64,000 bases of DNA from the NCBI GenBank assembly GCA_951406725.2, contig OX597818.1, positions 79,670,001 to 79,734,000 of the forward strand, written 5' to 3'. The stretch is from Octopus vulgaris. Its lineage: Eukaryota. Positions 1 to 12,430 of this stretch are shown in pieces. The notes under the pieces are model-generated. The model did not search any database, was not told the origin of the DNA, and was given only the letters and a program-made list of their open reading frames with translations. Every line of letters starts with the position of its first letter. Position 1 is the stretch's first letter. Both the position numbers and the translations under genes were made by a program.

Positions 1-497
1 TTTACAGATTTTTATAGTTCCAGTGGTGGCTTGGGTCTGTAGTCTTCGAATCAGCTTTCTCTTTTTATTATTTTTTTTGGTTTTGAGAAGCCTAATTTCT
101 CTATGTGTAATGGTCATAATCGTCTAACGAGGACACACACTCATCATTTATGTATGTATACCTGTATGTATGTGTGTGTGAGAGAGTGTGCTTTGTGTGT
201 GTGTGTGTGTGTTTCTGTGAGTGTGTGAATTTATGCATGTGTATATCAATATACATTATATATATATATATATATATGTGCATGTATAAGTGTTTATATA
301 AAAGTGCATACATATACACACACTCATGCTCGCACTCACACACACACACACATATAGATATAAAGAAAGAGAGAGAGAGAGAGGGAGATATATTATATTT
401 TACTCTTAATAATCTGCAGCAGCTAAAGAGTGACACAAGAGCCAAAAGTATTCTTACTCTCAACTATTGAGTTACTCTCCACAACTACTGCCGATTA

Positions 498-890
498 GGT
501 GCAGGAGTGACTGTGTAGTAAGTAGCTTGCTTACAAGCCACATGTTTCTGGGTTCAATTTCACTGCGTGGCACCTTGGGCAGGTGTCTTCTACTATAGTT
601 GTGGGCCGACCAAAGCCTTGTGAGTGAATCTGGTAGACGGAAACTGGAAGTAGGCCATCGTATATATATATATATATATATACACGTATGTACACCTTTT
701 GTGTCTATGTTTGTCCCTCTAACATCGCTTCCCAACCGATGCTGGTGTGTTTACGTCTCTTTAACCTAAAAGTTCGGCAAAAATCACTGATAGAATAAGT
801 ACCAGGCATACAAAGAATAAGTCCTGGGATCGATGCTCCAGCATGGCCGCAGTCAAATGACTGAAACAAACAAAGGCAAAAAAAGAAAGA
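498..890 (+). mobile_element. SINE family A (tRNA-like head, CORE-like segment, internal microsatellite, CR1-like tail)
   Basis: Head GGTGCAGGAGTGACTGTGTAGTAAG...GGTTCAATTTC with A/B-box-like motifs; CACCTTGGGCAGGTGTCTT; internal (TA)n; tail CCAGCATGGCCGCAGTCAAATGACTGAAAC; many similar copies in the window. Confidence 0.85.
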
Positions 891-893
891 ATT

Positions 894-946
<53 letters not shown>

Positions 947-1148
947 ATGTATGTGTATATATACATATACATACATATATACATACATATATATATATAT
1001 ATAACAATTAAGGATAACTTCTTAATAAGGAATCTTAACAAGAAATTATCAGGTAGATAGCGTGAAAGACCTCATAAGAGAAAAAATTCGAAAATAATTT
1101 TTTTCCTTTGAACATAATTTTTTTCCTTTGAATATGTTCAAAGGTAAA

Positions 1149-1203
<55 letters not shown>

Positions 1204-1258
1204 TTATATAAGTTTTTTTCAGAATGAGATAAAAATTTAAGGCATTTAGAAATTGAAG

Positions 1259-1306
1259 GTCTTACATCTGTTTCCCGGATATTTTTTATATCTCTTCATC
1301 GGAGAC
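1259..1306 (-). ncRNA. Minimal type I hammerhead-ribozyme-like motif (CCGAUGA core) in a Penelope-like terminal remnant
   Basis: Minus strand GTCT-CCGATGA-AGAGATAT..ATATCCGG-GAAAC-AGAT-GTA-AGAC; stem I GTCT/AGAC; GUA triplet; paralog at 39147. Confidence 0.6.
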
Positions 1307-1482
1307 GGTGAGAGAAAATGGTTATGCAATAGTTAATTTAGATAAGATATGAAATAGTGAGTGAAGTGGAGGAATGAAGATAGATATGAGATATGCAGGG
1401 ATATTGCATCTGTAGATCCATAGCACTTACTCAGCATTACCTGACACCTTTGGATCTTATTGACACTATTACCTCTTATAAC

Positions 1483-1562
<80 letters not shown>

Positions 1563-1567
<5 letters not shown>

Positions 1568-1966
1568 GGCGTGGCTGTGTGGTAAAAAATTTGCTTCCCA
1601 TCCACATGATTCCGGGTTCAGTTCTACGGTGCGGCCCCTTGAGTAAGTAACTCACGGTGCAGCCCTTTGGTTATAGCCTCGGGCCGACCAAAGCTGTGTG
1701 AGTGGATTTAGTAAACGGAAACTGAAAGAAACCTGTCGCATGTGTGCGAGGGGTTCATCTTTGTTCTCCACCACCGCTTGACAACCTGCGTAGTATGTGT
1801 GCTTACGTACCCATAACATAGCAGTTAGACAGAAAACAACGATAGAATTAGTACTTGGCTTAACGATAAAAATGAGTACTGCACCGATTCATTCGACTAC
1901 GGGTTCTTCGAGGCATTGCCCTAGTATAGCCACTGTGTAATGACTGAAACAAGTAATAGATAAAAA
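1563..1966 (+). mobile_element. SINE family A, diverged copy
   Basis: GCACAGGCGTGGCTGTGTGGTAA...GGGCCGACCAAAGC...TGACTGAAACAAGTAA. Confidence 0.8.
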
Positions 1967-2145
1967 CTACTCATGTTTTGAGTTCCATTTTTTCTGTATG
2001 TATGAGCGAAACTGTATACGCATATCACTATATACAATGCATATATATTATATAAAACAAGAAAGCACAAAAAAACACAACAAACGCGAGGACGTGGAAC
2101 AAATATAGTATTATTGGACGCTCAGGAAAGAAGGAAAGAAGGAGG

Positions 2146-2180
2146 GTTTAACGTTTCGAGCGGAGCTCTTCGTCGGAAAC
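2146..2180 (-). ncRNA. Minimal hammerhead-like motif (CCGACGA core, palindromic ACGT stem III)
   Basis: Minus strand GTTT-CCGACGA-A-GAGC-TCC-GCTC-GAA-ACGT-T-AAAC; stems I and II pair perfectly; related repeat at about 17900-18080. Confidence 0.62.
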
Positions 2181-2323
2181 ATAGATGAAAAGATCCAGAG
2201 AAGGGAAGAAAGAGGAAAAAAATCGCCAACGCTACACACGCGGTCACATATCTATATATGTACATGTACGATATACACACACTAAAAACACTTCCATATA
2301 TATTTCCACATGCACACTAACTC

Positions 2324-2370
<47 letters not shown>

Positions 2371-2848
2371 CCCTAACGCATATGAACCCTAAATGCATAT
2401 GAACCCTAACGCTGGACTCTACAATAAAAATACTTGGGGTTCTTATCTAAACAATATTGTTAGTCTGGTGTGCCAACTATTTTGCCCAGATTGATATTTC
2501 TTTATTAGTTATGTTTATATATTAGTTTTCATTGAACTGGCGATGTGCAGCAGTGTATGTTAGCACGAGGGTCGTTCTGCCCATAGAGACAAAGATATTG
2601 GCTGTAGTTCGCAATTTGATTTTTAATAGGTTTACTTGTTTGTCAATGCGTAAGTTCTTCGTACCTCAACGAAAATGTTACAGATGTGTCGCGAAAGGTC
2701 TTAAAATCAATCAATGAAAAAATACAGAAACAGCGAACCAGCAGCAGTGCTTATGATTATATCTTTACGATGAACTACCAAACATACCATATGTATAGAT
2801 CTGTGTGTGTTTGTATATGCAAAATGTATGTCTTCCACACTCTATTTT

Positions 2849-2882
<34 letters not shown>

Positions 2883-2964
2883 TACACAAACATATATATA
2901 CGAGTATATATGTGTGTGCGTGTACATTATATATATATATATATATATATATATACGTGTGCGC

Positions 2965-3022
<58 letters not shown>

Positions 3023-3277
3023 ACATATGTGTATATGTATACATAAGTGTATATCTGTATATATACATATACATACAGAGAGATAGATAGATATAGATAG
3101 ATAGATTCATATATACACGTATATAAAGATATATCACTGTATATTCTTGGGTTTGTTTATTATTGCATATGCGAGTCTATGTAATGTATACCTGTATGGG
3201 TATGTGTATTTATATATATATATATATATGCATATACGTGTATATTAGAATATGTATATTATATATCTATGCATATA

Positions 3278-3439
3278 GGCTCAGGAGTGGCTGTGTGGTA
3301 AGTAGCTTGTTTACCAACCACATGTTTCCGGGTTCAGTCCCACTGCGTGGCACCTTGGGCAAGTGTCTTCTGCTATAGCCTCGGGCCGACCAATCCCTTG
3401 TGAGTGGATTTGGTAGACGGAAACTGAATGAAGCTTGTC

Positions 3440-3503
<64 letters not shown>

Positions 3504-3717
3504 ATGTTTGTGTGTCTGTGTTTGTCCCCCTAGCATTGCTTGACAACCGATGCTGGTGCGTTTACGTCCCCGTCACTTAGCGGTTCGGCAAAAGAGACCG
3601 ATAGAATAAGTACAGGGCTTAAAAAGAATAAGTCCCGGGGTCGATTTGCTCGACTAGAGGCGGTGCTCCAGCATGGCCGCAGTCAAATGACTGAAACAAG
3701 TAAAAGAGTAAAGAGTA
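3278..3717 (+). mobile_element. SINE family A, full-length
   Basis: Complete head, internal (TA)n(TG)n and tail GACTGAAACAAGTAAAAGAGTAAAGAGTA. Confidence 0.9.
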
Positions 3718-3741
3718 TACGTATAAGCGTATATATATATA

Positions 3742-3811
<70 letters not shown>

Positions 3812-4262
3812 AACACACGCATAAATATAAACGTTTGTGTATGTGTGCGCGTATGTGTAAGCGTGTGTATGTGTAATCGTGTGTGTGTGTACATGTGGAT
3901 GGATATCTGTGTTTAAAAGGGTAAGTATATTTCAAGTCTATCTGATTCTGTATCTATAAGATCTTGCATAAAAGTATAAATTTGCACTTTTACACACGCA
4001 CCTACGGACGCGCAGGCGCGCGTGTGCGTGTGTGTGTCTGTTCCTGTGCGTGCAAGTGTGTGCATGCGTGTGTGTGTATGTGTGCGTACGTGAGTGTGTG
4101 CGTGTGTATCTGAGCGTGGTGGGTGAGTTCCTCATAATTTACATGTCTTCATTTTTTGTACATATATAGAGGGATGCCCTGTTTTATGTGTCAGTATGTA
4201 TGCATCTGTAGTCTACTCTTCCTGCTGCACGTGTTTAACTCTGTGAAATGTGTATGTTTTTG

Positions 4263-4346
<84 letters not shown>

Positions 4347-4404
4347 TATATATATACATGCATGCATAGATACTTATATATAAAAACACGCGAACACACA
4401 TTTC

Positions 4405-4436
<32 letters not shown>

Positions 4437-4607
4437 GCATATATATACACACACATATATATATATATATATTTAATACTGAAATATATGTTCGTGTGTT
4501 TTTATAAATAAGTATCTATGCTTGCATGTCTGTAGATACATTATATATATATATATGCCTACACACACAGATACGCACACACAGAGACACACACACACTC
4601 ATATATA

Positions 4608-4778
4608 TACTCTTTTACTTGTTTCAGTCATTTGACTGCGGCCATGCTTTTGTAAACCCAGTACTTATTCTATCGGTCTCTTTTGCCGAACCGCTAAGTA
4701 ACGGGCACATAAACACACCAGCATCGGCCGTCAAGCAACGCTAGGGGGACAAACACAGACACACAAACACATACACGC

Positions 4779-4845
<67 letters not shown>

Positions 4846-5009
4846 TCCGACGGGCTTCTTTCAGTTTCCGTCTACTAAATCCACTCACAAGGCTTTGGTC
4901 GGCCCACAGCTATAGTAGAAGACACTTGCCCAAGGTGCCACGCAGTGGGACTGAACCCGGAACCATGTGGTTTGTAAACAAGCTACTTACCACACAGCCA
5001 CTCCTGCGT
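4608..5009 (-). mobile_element. SINE family A, with internal deletion near the tail
   Basis: Reverse complement of the family A head and tail; flanked by TA-rich repeats. Confidence 0.88.
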
Positions 5010-5012
5010 ATA

Positions 5013-5069
<57 letters not shown>

Positions 5070-5385
5070 TCATATATAGATACGTACTTAAATAATGTAT
5101 GTATATGTGCACATATGCATCTGTCCTCTGTATGTATGTATGAATACGTGTGTGTATGTGTGTGTGTATGTATATGTCCTTATATATGTGTGTGTATGTG
5201 TAAACGGATATGAATGCATAGATACATCACGCATATATAAATATATACATTCAAACATACATGCATACATACCCACATACATATATACATTATTTGTACA
5301 TCTATGCGTTTTTATATAGCAATACATAGATAGTTACACTTTTATACAATGAAAAATCCACATAAAAGCCTCTAGTTTTTATTTA

Positions 5386-5761
5386 TCTCTCTCTATATAA
5401 ACGGCAGTTTGTCTGTGCGTGTTTCTGTGTGTCTGTTTGCTTGTACCATCACCCTGACCACGGCTTTCAACCGATTCTGATAAAACTTGACACACACATA
5501 GCCCAATGTCATAATTCAAAACTAACGCAGCGAAAATTTTGAAAAGTTCCCCCAGTTCTGAAAAAAATCGATAAATTCGACATGGGGTCCAGAATTAGAA
5601 ACACAAACTGTCTAGGGGACGCAACTCCACCTTTTTTAACTAAAAAAAAAAATTTACCATCATTTTTTTCCATTTTTTGCTGTTTTTTGGCTATAACTCT
5701 CTAAAAATGCTTTATAGTTATTTCCCTTACAAACCTGAGCAACGCCGGGCGATACTGCTAG
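5386..5761 (+). mobile_element. Non-autonomous Helitron-like element
   Basis: Starts A|TC(TCTCTCTATATAAA) and ends with the GC hairpin CCTGAGCAACGCCGGG followed by CTAG|T; no TIR or TSD, matching Helitron 5'-TC / 3'-CTRR insertion between A and T. Confidence 0.75.
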
Positions 5762-6164
5762 TCCATTTTTAAAGCTGAAGTCGGGCCTGGATACATATAC
5801 CTATATTCAAAGACATTCCAACTTTGACTCTTTCACCTGATTTTTTTATATCGAGGACCACAATGTCAAATATGTTATTCCGGTAAGGTCTAAGTTAAGA
5901 AACTGTCTCTGCTATTTTTAGGAAATCTTCTGACCAGGTAGAAGCACTCTAGGTAATTTCTTTTACATATATGTGTATGTATGTAAAAATATGTATATAT
6001 GCATCTATGTAATAACGTGTAGCTATGTTACTAAAAATATGTGTCTATATAAAAATGTGTAAGAATGTGTATATGTAAAAATGTTTGTGTCTGTGCATGC
6101 AAATATCTGTGTGTGTGTATGTGTGCGCACGTGCGCATTTGTGTGTGTGCATGTACATTTTTTT

Positions 6165-6350
6165 CTCGTTTTAGTTATTGGACTGCGGTTATGCTGGTGC
6201 ATCGCCTTGAATGGCTTTAATCGAACAAATCAATTCCAGTACTTAATCTTTTTCAAGTCTCACGTTTATTCATTCAGTCTCTTTTACTGAATTGCTAGGT
6301 TTCGATAATGTAAACAAACCAACGCCGTAGTAGTAACGACAAGCACAAGT
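6165..6350 (-). mobile_element. SINE family A, 3' fragment, degenerate
   Basis: GACTGCGGTTATGCTGGTGCATCGCC...CAGTACTTA...GTAAACAAACCAAC. Confidence 0.6.
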
Positions 6351-6379
6351 AAACTCTCACACCCACCCACACCTACATA

Positions 6380-6432
<53 letters not shown>

Positions 6433-6573
6433 ATGTATATATATATATGTGTGTGTGTATGTATATATATATGTGTGTGTATGTATGTATATATATATAT
6501 ATAATTATATATATAATTATATAAACATATATATATATATTTATATATATATATTTATATATATATATTTATA

Positions 6574-6617
<44 letters not shown>

Positions 6618-6658
6618 TATAAACATATATATATATATTTATATATATATATATTATA

Positions 6659-6706
<48 letters not shown>

Positions 6707-6761
6707 TACATATATATACACACACACACACATACATATATATATATGTATATTGTTTACA

Positions 6762-7266
6762 CCTGCCTGGACTATTGCTCCCAGTCATGGTCACCACATA
6801 GTGCCAAACTATCAGCGGAGCTTGAAGCAGTCTTGGAACAGTGCAGCGGATGAGCTACAGGGATAGGCCGAGCAAACCGCAACTTTACTAGACCGAAGAT
6901 ACGACAGATATGTAATAATCTATTTATGGAAAATTCTAGAAGGGCTGTCAGAACAGGTCGCAATTGTATTGTACCAAAAGTATCATCCAGTCCATCTAAA
7001 TTCAGGGCCAAGTACTGAAATTGTCTAGGGTTCAAAAGCTCACAAGCTCTTCAATGCTGACACAAAAATAAAGAAATTTGCATAAGGTGGAAGTAGATGT
7101 CCTCAGAAAGGAACTAGACATCGTCCTCTCCAGAGAGCAGCGTAATCAAATTTCCTTATATACTGGGACAATGGCACATACAGGAGTGGTGATGTGAAAC
7201 ACTCCAGACTGAAGAAATCCGAAAGAACACGGTAGTGGTCCAGCATGGCCGCAGCGACATAGCAGA

Positions 7267-7271
<5 letters not shown>
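6762..7271 (+). mobile_element. CR1-type LINE 3' fragment, degenerate
   Basis: Translates across frameshifts as [22 protein letters not shown]...RYVIIYLWKILEGL...DVLRKELDIVL, homologous to the CR1 C-terminus at 61.3-61.8 kb; ends in a CCAGCATGGCCGCAG...GAAACAA tail. Confidence 0.72.
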
Positions 7272-7306
<35 letters not shown>

Positions 7307-7502
7307 GAAATATATTACGAAAATAAAATATTAAATACACGTGGAAATGTAAGGGTAAAATATAAAAAATCAACGAAAATGCATATTGCAAATAGAAAAA
7401 GGCTATTTATGACAGGTAACGACAAATATATACATTTAGATTGACTGAGGTAGTAATACGAGTCATAAAAGTCAATATTATGAGATGATTATAAGATGAT
7501 AA

Positions 7503-7548
<46 letters not shown>

Positions 7549-7588
7549 TATATACATGTATGTATATAGATATATATATACATGTATG

Positions 7589-7647
<59 letters not shown>

Positions 7648-7875
7648 CAGGCTTCAAATACAATTTCTTTCAACCAATTTCATTCACAAAGAATTGGTCA
7701 ACCCGATGTGCCGTGCAGTAGGTGAGACTCAACCCGAAAACACGTTGTTGCAGGAGCTCCTTAATCATACAGCCATGTCCCCGTGGTTGTATGTAAATAT
7801 GTTTATTAATGTGTATACATAAAAATGTGTATGAATACGTATCAATGTAAATACACCTGAGTAAATGCAAATATA

Positions 7876-8035
7876 GACGCAGGTGTGGCTGTATGGTATG
7901 AAATTTCCTTCCTAACCCCATGGCTTCGGGTTCAGTTCCACTGAATAACACTTTAGGCAAGTGTCTTCTACTATAACCTGCAGCTGACCGAAGCCTTGTG
8001 AGTGGATTTGGTAGACGAAAGCTGAAAGATTGGCG

Positions 8036-8077
<42 letters not shown>

Positions 8078-8118
8078 GTCCCCGTAACATAGCGGTTCGG
8101 CAAAGGGACCGATAGTAA
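7876..8118 (+). mobile_element. SINE family A, 3'-truncated
   Basis: GACGCAGGTGTGGCTGTATGGTA...GCCTTGTGAGTGGATTTGGTAGAC...(TG)n...GCGGTTCGGCAAA. Confidence 0.75.
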
Positions 8119-8604
8119 TCAACTTGTCGAATCACCTCAAAAATTGCACCGGACTGGCATCAATTGCAGGGGCAATGTTGTGATCTCGGTCGCTTAAACG
8201 CCATGGAAACCTGGTAACTGGTCTCATGAGTCCTAAGTCATAATAATTTTCTTCTAAGGAAAAGTGTGCGTTAATATATCATTACTATACCTCGGATCTG
8301 AAGAATTTAATGCTGATTAATAAATTGAAAGTGACTTTACAGATCACTTGTCGTTCTGGTTTTCGAATCCGGGTCTGGTCGACTTTTATTTCCATAATCC
8401 TGTTGCCTGTATGATAAAGTACCAGTCAATTTGGGTGTTTGCATTTAATGGAATATCCTTTCTATCCTAAGTTTCGTTCTGATTGCAAGTCCCGCCGTGG
8501 ATAAATCTTAGCTTTTGTCTTTCGTTATCGATAAAATAAATGCCAGTTAGACACAGAGAGATGATTATAGTGAGTTGTTCCATATTACAGAATATATAGT
8601 TATA

Positions 8605-9283
8605 GGCGCAGGTATAGTTTTGTGGTTATTTCCCTCAGTGCCATTGTGCAGCACCACGGGCGAGTATCTACTTCTATAGCCTGGAACTGGTCGATGCTTT
8701 GTCAGTAATAAAGAAATAGGTCGATGCTTTGTCAGTGTTGAGGCACATGGCCTAGTGGTTAAAGCAGCGTAGTCGCGGTCGAGGGATGGCGGGTTCGAAT
8801 CTCAGACCGGGCGATGTGTATGTTTATGAGCGAAACACCTAAACTCCACGCGACTCCGGCAGAAGGTAATGGCGAACTTCTGCTGAGTCTTTCGCCACAA
8901 ATTTCTCTCACTCTTTTCTCCTGCATTTTGCAGCCCACCTGCGACGGACCGGCGTCCCGTCTAGGTGAGGAACCTATACGCCAAGGAAACCGGGAAACCG
9001 GCCCTTATGAGCCAGGCATGGCTCGAGATGGATGTTTTGTCAGTGAATTTGACAAACGTAAACTGTGTATATGTGCATAAGTGTGTGTATGTGTGTGTGT
9101 GTCTTTGTGGTTGTCACACACCATAGCTTGACAAACGGTGTTGGTTTGCTTATGTCCTTGTAACAGTTCGTGAGAAGAGACCAAAACCAGACTTAAAACA
9201 CTAGTGTCGATTTGTTCGACTGAACGCTTCAATGTGGTGCACCAACATTTCCGAAGTCCAATGGTTAAAAGAAGTACGACAAA
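8605..9283 (+). mobile_element. Old SINE family A copy interrupted by a nested SINE
   Basis: Degenerate head at 8605; homology resumes after 9045 and runs to the tail. Confidence 0.6.
8738..9030 (+). mobile_element. SINE family C variant, nested, with 15-bp TSD
   Basis: GAGGCACATGGCCTAGTGGTTAAAGCAGCG...GGTTCGAATCTC; TSD GATG(C/T)TTTGTCAGTG at 8723-8737 and 9031-9045; 3' hairpin GAGCCA-GGCA-TGGCTC. Confidence 0.85.
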
Positions 9284-9891
9284 AGTCGTTCACTAAGAAA
9301 TCACTACTATAAAACTAAGAGTGGAGACTAGCAAAATACGGCAGATGAAAAAGTGTGTCTGCAACTTCGTCCTTTCTTAATTTGTTACCCGTGTCTCCCG
9401 TCTTCCTAGATACTACTTTCAGTAATAATTTCTGTGTATTCTATCTCTCTGTCCTAATCTGTTTTCCGGTTGTCTTTCTTACAACTTTTCTATGTATATT
9501 CAACAGCGTACTTCTTATTAAAGAACTTCCAAAATGTCTATGTATCAGTTGATTATTTGGAACTTAGTACACACTCTTCAACATGTCTACCAAACAACCT
9601 GTTGAATAATCACCAAATTTAATATAGTCTTACATCAAACCAATATCAATGCAATAGTTTATCAAACAGTGTCTAGTGTAAACATTAATCAGCGGTTTAT
9701 CATGTATACAGCAGTAAATTCTGCAAACATTGTTACAGTTTTATTATTATACACACATATACACACATACACATGCGAAAAAACGCACACATATACTTAC
9801 ATGCATACATAAAACTACATACATACATACATACATACATACATACATACATACATACATACATACATACATACATACATACATACATACA

Positions 9892-10112
9892 TAAAACTGA
9901 AGATCAGTGAAAAAGAGAATACCTATGCTGAACTATTGACAAATTGCAGTTACCCTAACCAGATTACAATTTCAGGTTTATACCAGTAATTATTGAGGCG
10001 CTGGGATATGTAACACACTACCTTAATGACAATCTTGAGAAATTAGGCTTCTCAAAATCAAGAAAGAGAAATCTGATTCGAAGACTAGAGATTTAAGTCA
10101 TCACTAGAACTC
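9892..10112 (+). mobile_element. Remnant of the C-terminal restriction-like endonuclease region of an R4/Dong/NeSL-type LINE
   Basis: Translates (frameshifted) as IKLKISEKENTYAELL...DYNFRFIPVIIEALGYVTHYLNDNLEKLGFSK, resembling the EKxxxY...PIIxGALG motif. Confidence 0.6.
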
Positions 10113-10482
10113 ATGCATATAAATATTGCCTTAAGACCGGCTTCCGCCTTCAGAGTGGAAAGATCGGCAACTATGTGTGTGTGTATGAGTGTTCGTGCAT
10201 GTGTGTGTGTGTGTGTTTGTGAGTGTACAGTGTGTCGGGGCTAAATATGGCGATGTAACACAGACTGCTGCAACGGAGACTAGGAAGTCGTGTCAACATG
10301 AAGGAACACAGCAGGCATTTTGACTGCATCTGCACGCCGAAATTCATTCCCATATATTTGAATAAGGCCATAAGCTCAATTCAGACGGCTATGTAATACT
10401 GCTGAAGACTGTGGACAATCCCTGGACGGGGAGAGTTGTGCTGGAAGTATATATGTGGCAGCAGGATTCGACTCCATCCTGT

Positions 10483-10867
10483 GGGATGTGGAAGCACTCC
10501 GTCGGTTACGACGACGAGGTTTCCGGTTGATCCGAATCAACGGAACAGCCTGCTCGTGAAATTAACGTGTAAGTGGCTGAGCACTCCACAGACACGTGTA
10601 CCCTTAACGTAGTTCTCGGGGATATTCAGCGTGACACAGAGAGTGACAAGGCCGGCCCTTTGAAGTACAGGTACGACAGAAACAGGAAGTAAGAGTGAGA
10701 GAAAGTTGTGGTACAGCAGGGATCACCACCATCCCCTGCCGGAGCCTCGTGGAGCTTTTAGGTGTTTTCGCTCAATATACACTCACAACGCCCGGTCTGG
10801 GAATCGAAACCACGATCCTATGACCGCGAGTCCGCTGCCCTAACCACTGGGCCATTGCGCCTCCACT
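10483..10867 (-). mobile_element. SINE family C head with tail type 2, 12-bp TSD
   Basis: Head GGAGGCGCAATGGCCCAGTGGTTAGGGCAGCGGACTCGCGGTC; perfect TSD ACTCCATCCTGT at 10471-10482 and 10868-10879. Confidence 0.9.
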
Positions 10868-10978
10868 ACTCCATCCTGTACCTCCCGTAACAGTGAAAAG
10901 TGCTTAACAGAGAATTTCCAAGATTTCACCAGCCCTAATTTCTAGCCTCCTAATTCCGTTATTGTAATCCTATGCATT

Positions 10979-11301
10979 GTGAAGGCACATGGCTCAGTGG
11001 TTAGAGCGTCGAGCTTACGATCGTGAGATTGTAAGTTCGATTCCCGGACCAGGCTGCGTGTTTTGTTCTTGAGCAAGACACTTTATTTCACGTTGCTCCA
11101 GTTAACTCAGCTGTTGAAATGAGTTGCAACATCACTGGTGCTAAGCTGTATCGGCCTTTGCCTTTCCCTTGGATAACATCAGTGGTGTGGGGAAGGGAGG
11201 CTGGTATGCATGGACGACTGCTGATCTTCCATAAACAATCTTGTCCAGAGGGTAAATTTCTAGGTGTAATCCCATGGTCATTCATGACCGAAGGGGTTCC
11301 T
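10979..11301 (+). mobile_element. SINE family B, full-length, 14-bp TSD
   Basis: GAAGGCACATGGCTCAGTGGTTAGAGCGTCG...GTTCGATTCCC; CORE-like TTCTTGAGCAAGACACTT; tail GGTCAT-TC-ATGACC hairpin; TSD TAATCC(T/C)ATGCATT. Confidence 0.9.
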
Positions 11302-11562
11302 TAATCCCATGCATTACTCTATGTGGAGTACGATTGAAAAACACATCAATTGCTCTGACCCAACGCTAACGCCAAGCTGGAGAACAGTTTCAAGGAGATT
11401 TTCAAAAATACCGCAAGGACACAGTGAGAAACATAAGTAGGTTGAGTCTGTGGTGGAAGCTGAGGACAGTTACTCTGCGTAAACTGTTTTTTACCAAGAT
11501 ATTTTTGTTTCCGGATGGAATATGTTTTCCTTTTACACAACTGTCAAATTTAGCCTGAGCAT

Positions 11563-11612
<50 letters not shown>

Positions 11613-11613
<1 letters not shown>

Positions 11614-12430
11614 GTGGTCTTATCAATAAGTAACCGCACTGTTGTCATAGTAACGAAACTAAAGCACGCAGAGTAAAGCCGCTCGGTACAGAGTTTTAAC
11701 CTTCGCTCACTAAGTTTTAACCTTCATGTTCACATTCGCTATTTACGGCAGCGCTTGGAAGGAAGGTATCAAGCGTGTGATCGTTGCATTGACCATGACA
11801 GAGAAAGTTGAGCAGACAATATGCATCAAATTTTGCCAAAAGTTTGGCGATACTTGCTCAGAGGCCTACGCAAAATTTTCAAAATGTTTACATCGTTCTC
11901 GACACAATCAAGGAGACCGTGTGAAACTGAAACTCGAGTGACTTTTAGGTCAGCTGAAAGCAGTTTTCACACAAACTTGGAAGACACGCGTCTCATACCC
12001 AAATCTTCACTGATAATGGACTGAACAGAACCGTAACTAATTTGTACATCCTCTGATAATACACAGATTGTGATTCGATGATTTTCCCTCACAGTTGCAC
12101 GCACATCTGCCATGTTTTTCTCAGTTCTGCTGGTTGCGGGTCTCCCAGAACATTCGTCAATATCGACATTTTTTCGGCCATCTTGGAAACGTCTGAACCA
12201 CACGTACACTTGTGTGTAGCTCATACACTCCTCTCCATACACTTTCTGCAACATTGCGTGGGCCTCTGAGTAGGTATCACCACGACAACTTTTCTGTCAT
12301 GGTCAATGCGACGATCACAAGCTATATCCCTTCCTTCCAAGCACTGTAAAGTGAGCTAGAACGCTAAAACTTAGTGCGCATGCACAGCAGAGTTCAAGCT
12401 CAATTTGTGGCAAGCGGCATCACTCCGCTT
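11613..12430 (-). mobile_element. Non-autonomous mariner derivative with two inverted left ends (copy 1)
   Basis: TA|CGTGGTCTTATCAATAAG terminus; + arm encodes MTEKVEQTICIKFCQKFGDTCSEAYAK; - arm encodes LQKVYGEECMS...WFRRFQDGRKNVDIDECSGRP...DLGMRRVSSKFV (mariner transposase N-terminal HTH region). Confidence 0.88.

Noticed and set aside
2367-2413. Three 16-17 bp tandem units containing AACCCTAA (telomere-like)
   Set aside because: Single hexamers within a short tandem duplication, not a (TTAGGG)n array
7208-7226. CTGAAGA...CGAAAG hammerhead-like core
   Set aside because: No stems II, III or I can be formed
10222-10470. Possible GIY-YIG remnant (VYSV...KEHSRH...GHK)
   Set aside because: Too degenerate to support by eye
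10979-11052. tRNA gene-like sequences at SINE heads (also 8740, 10795, 26666, 34700)
   Set aside because: They continue into SINE bodies with TSDs and lack a proper acceptor stem, so they are SINE heads rather than tRNA genes
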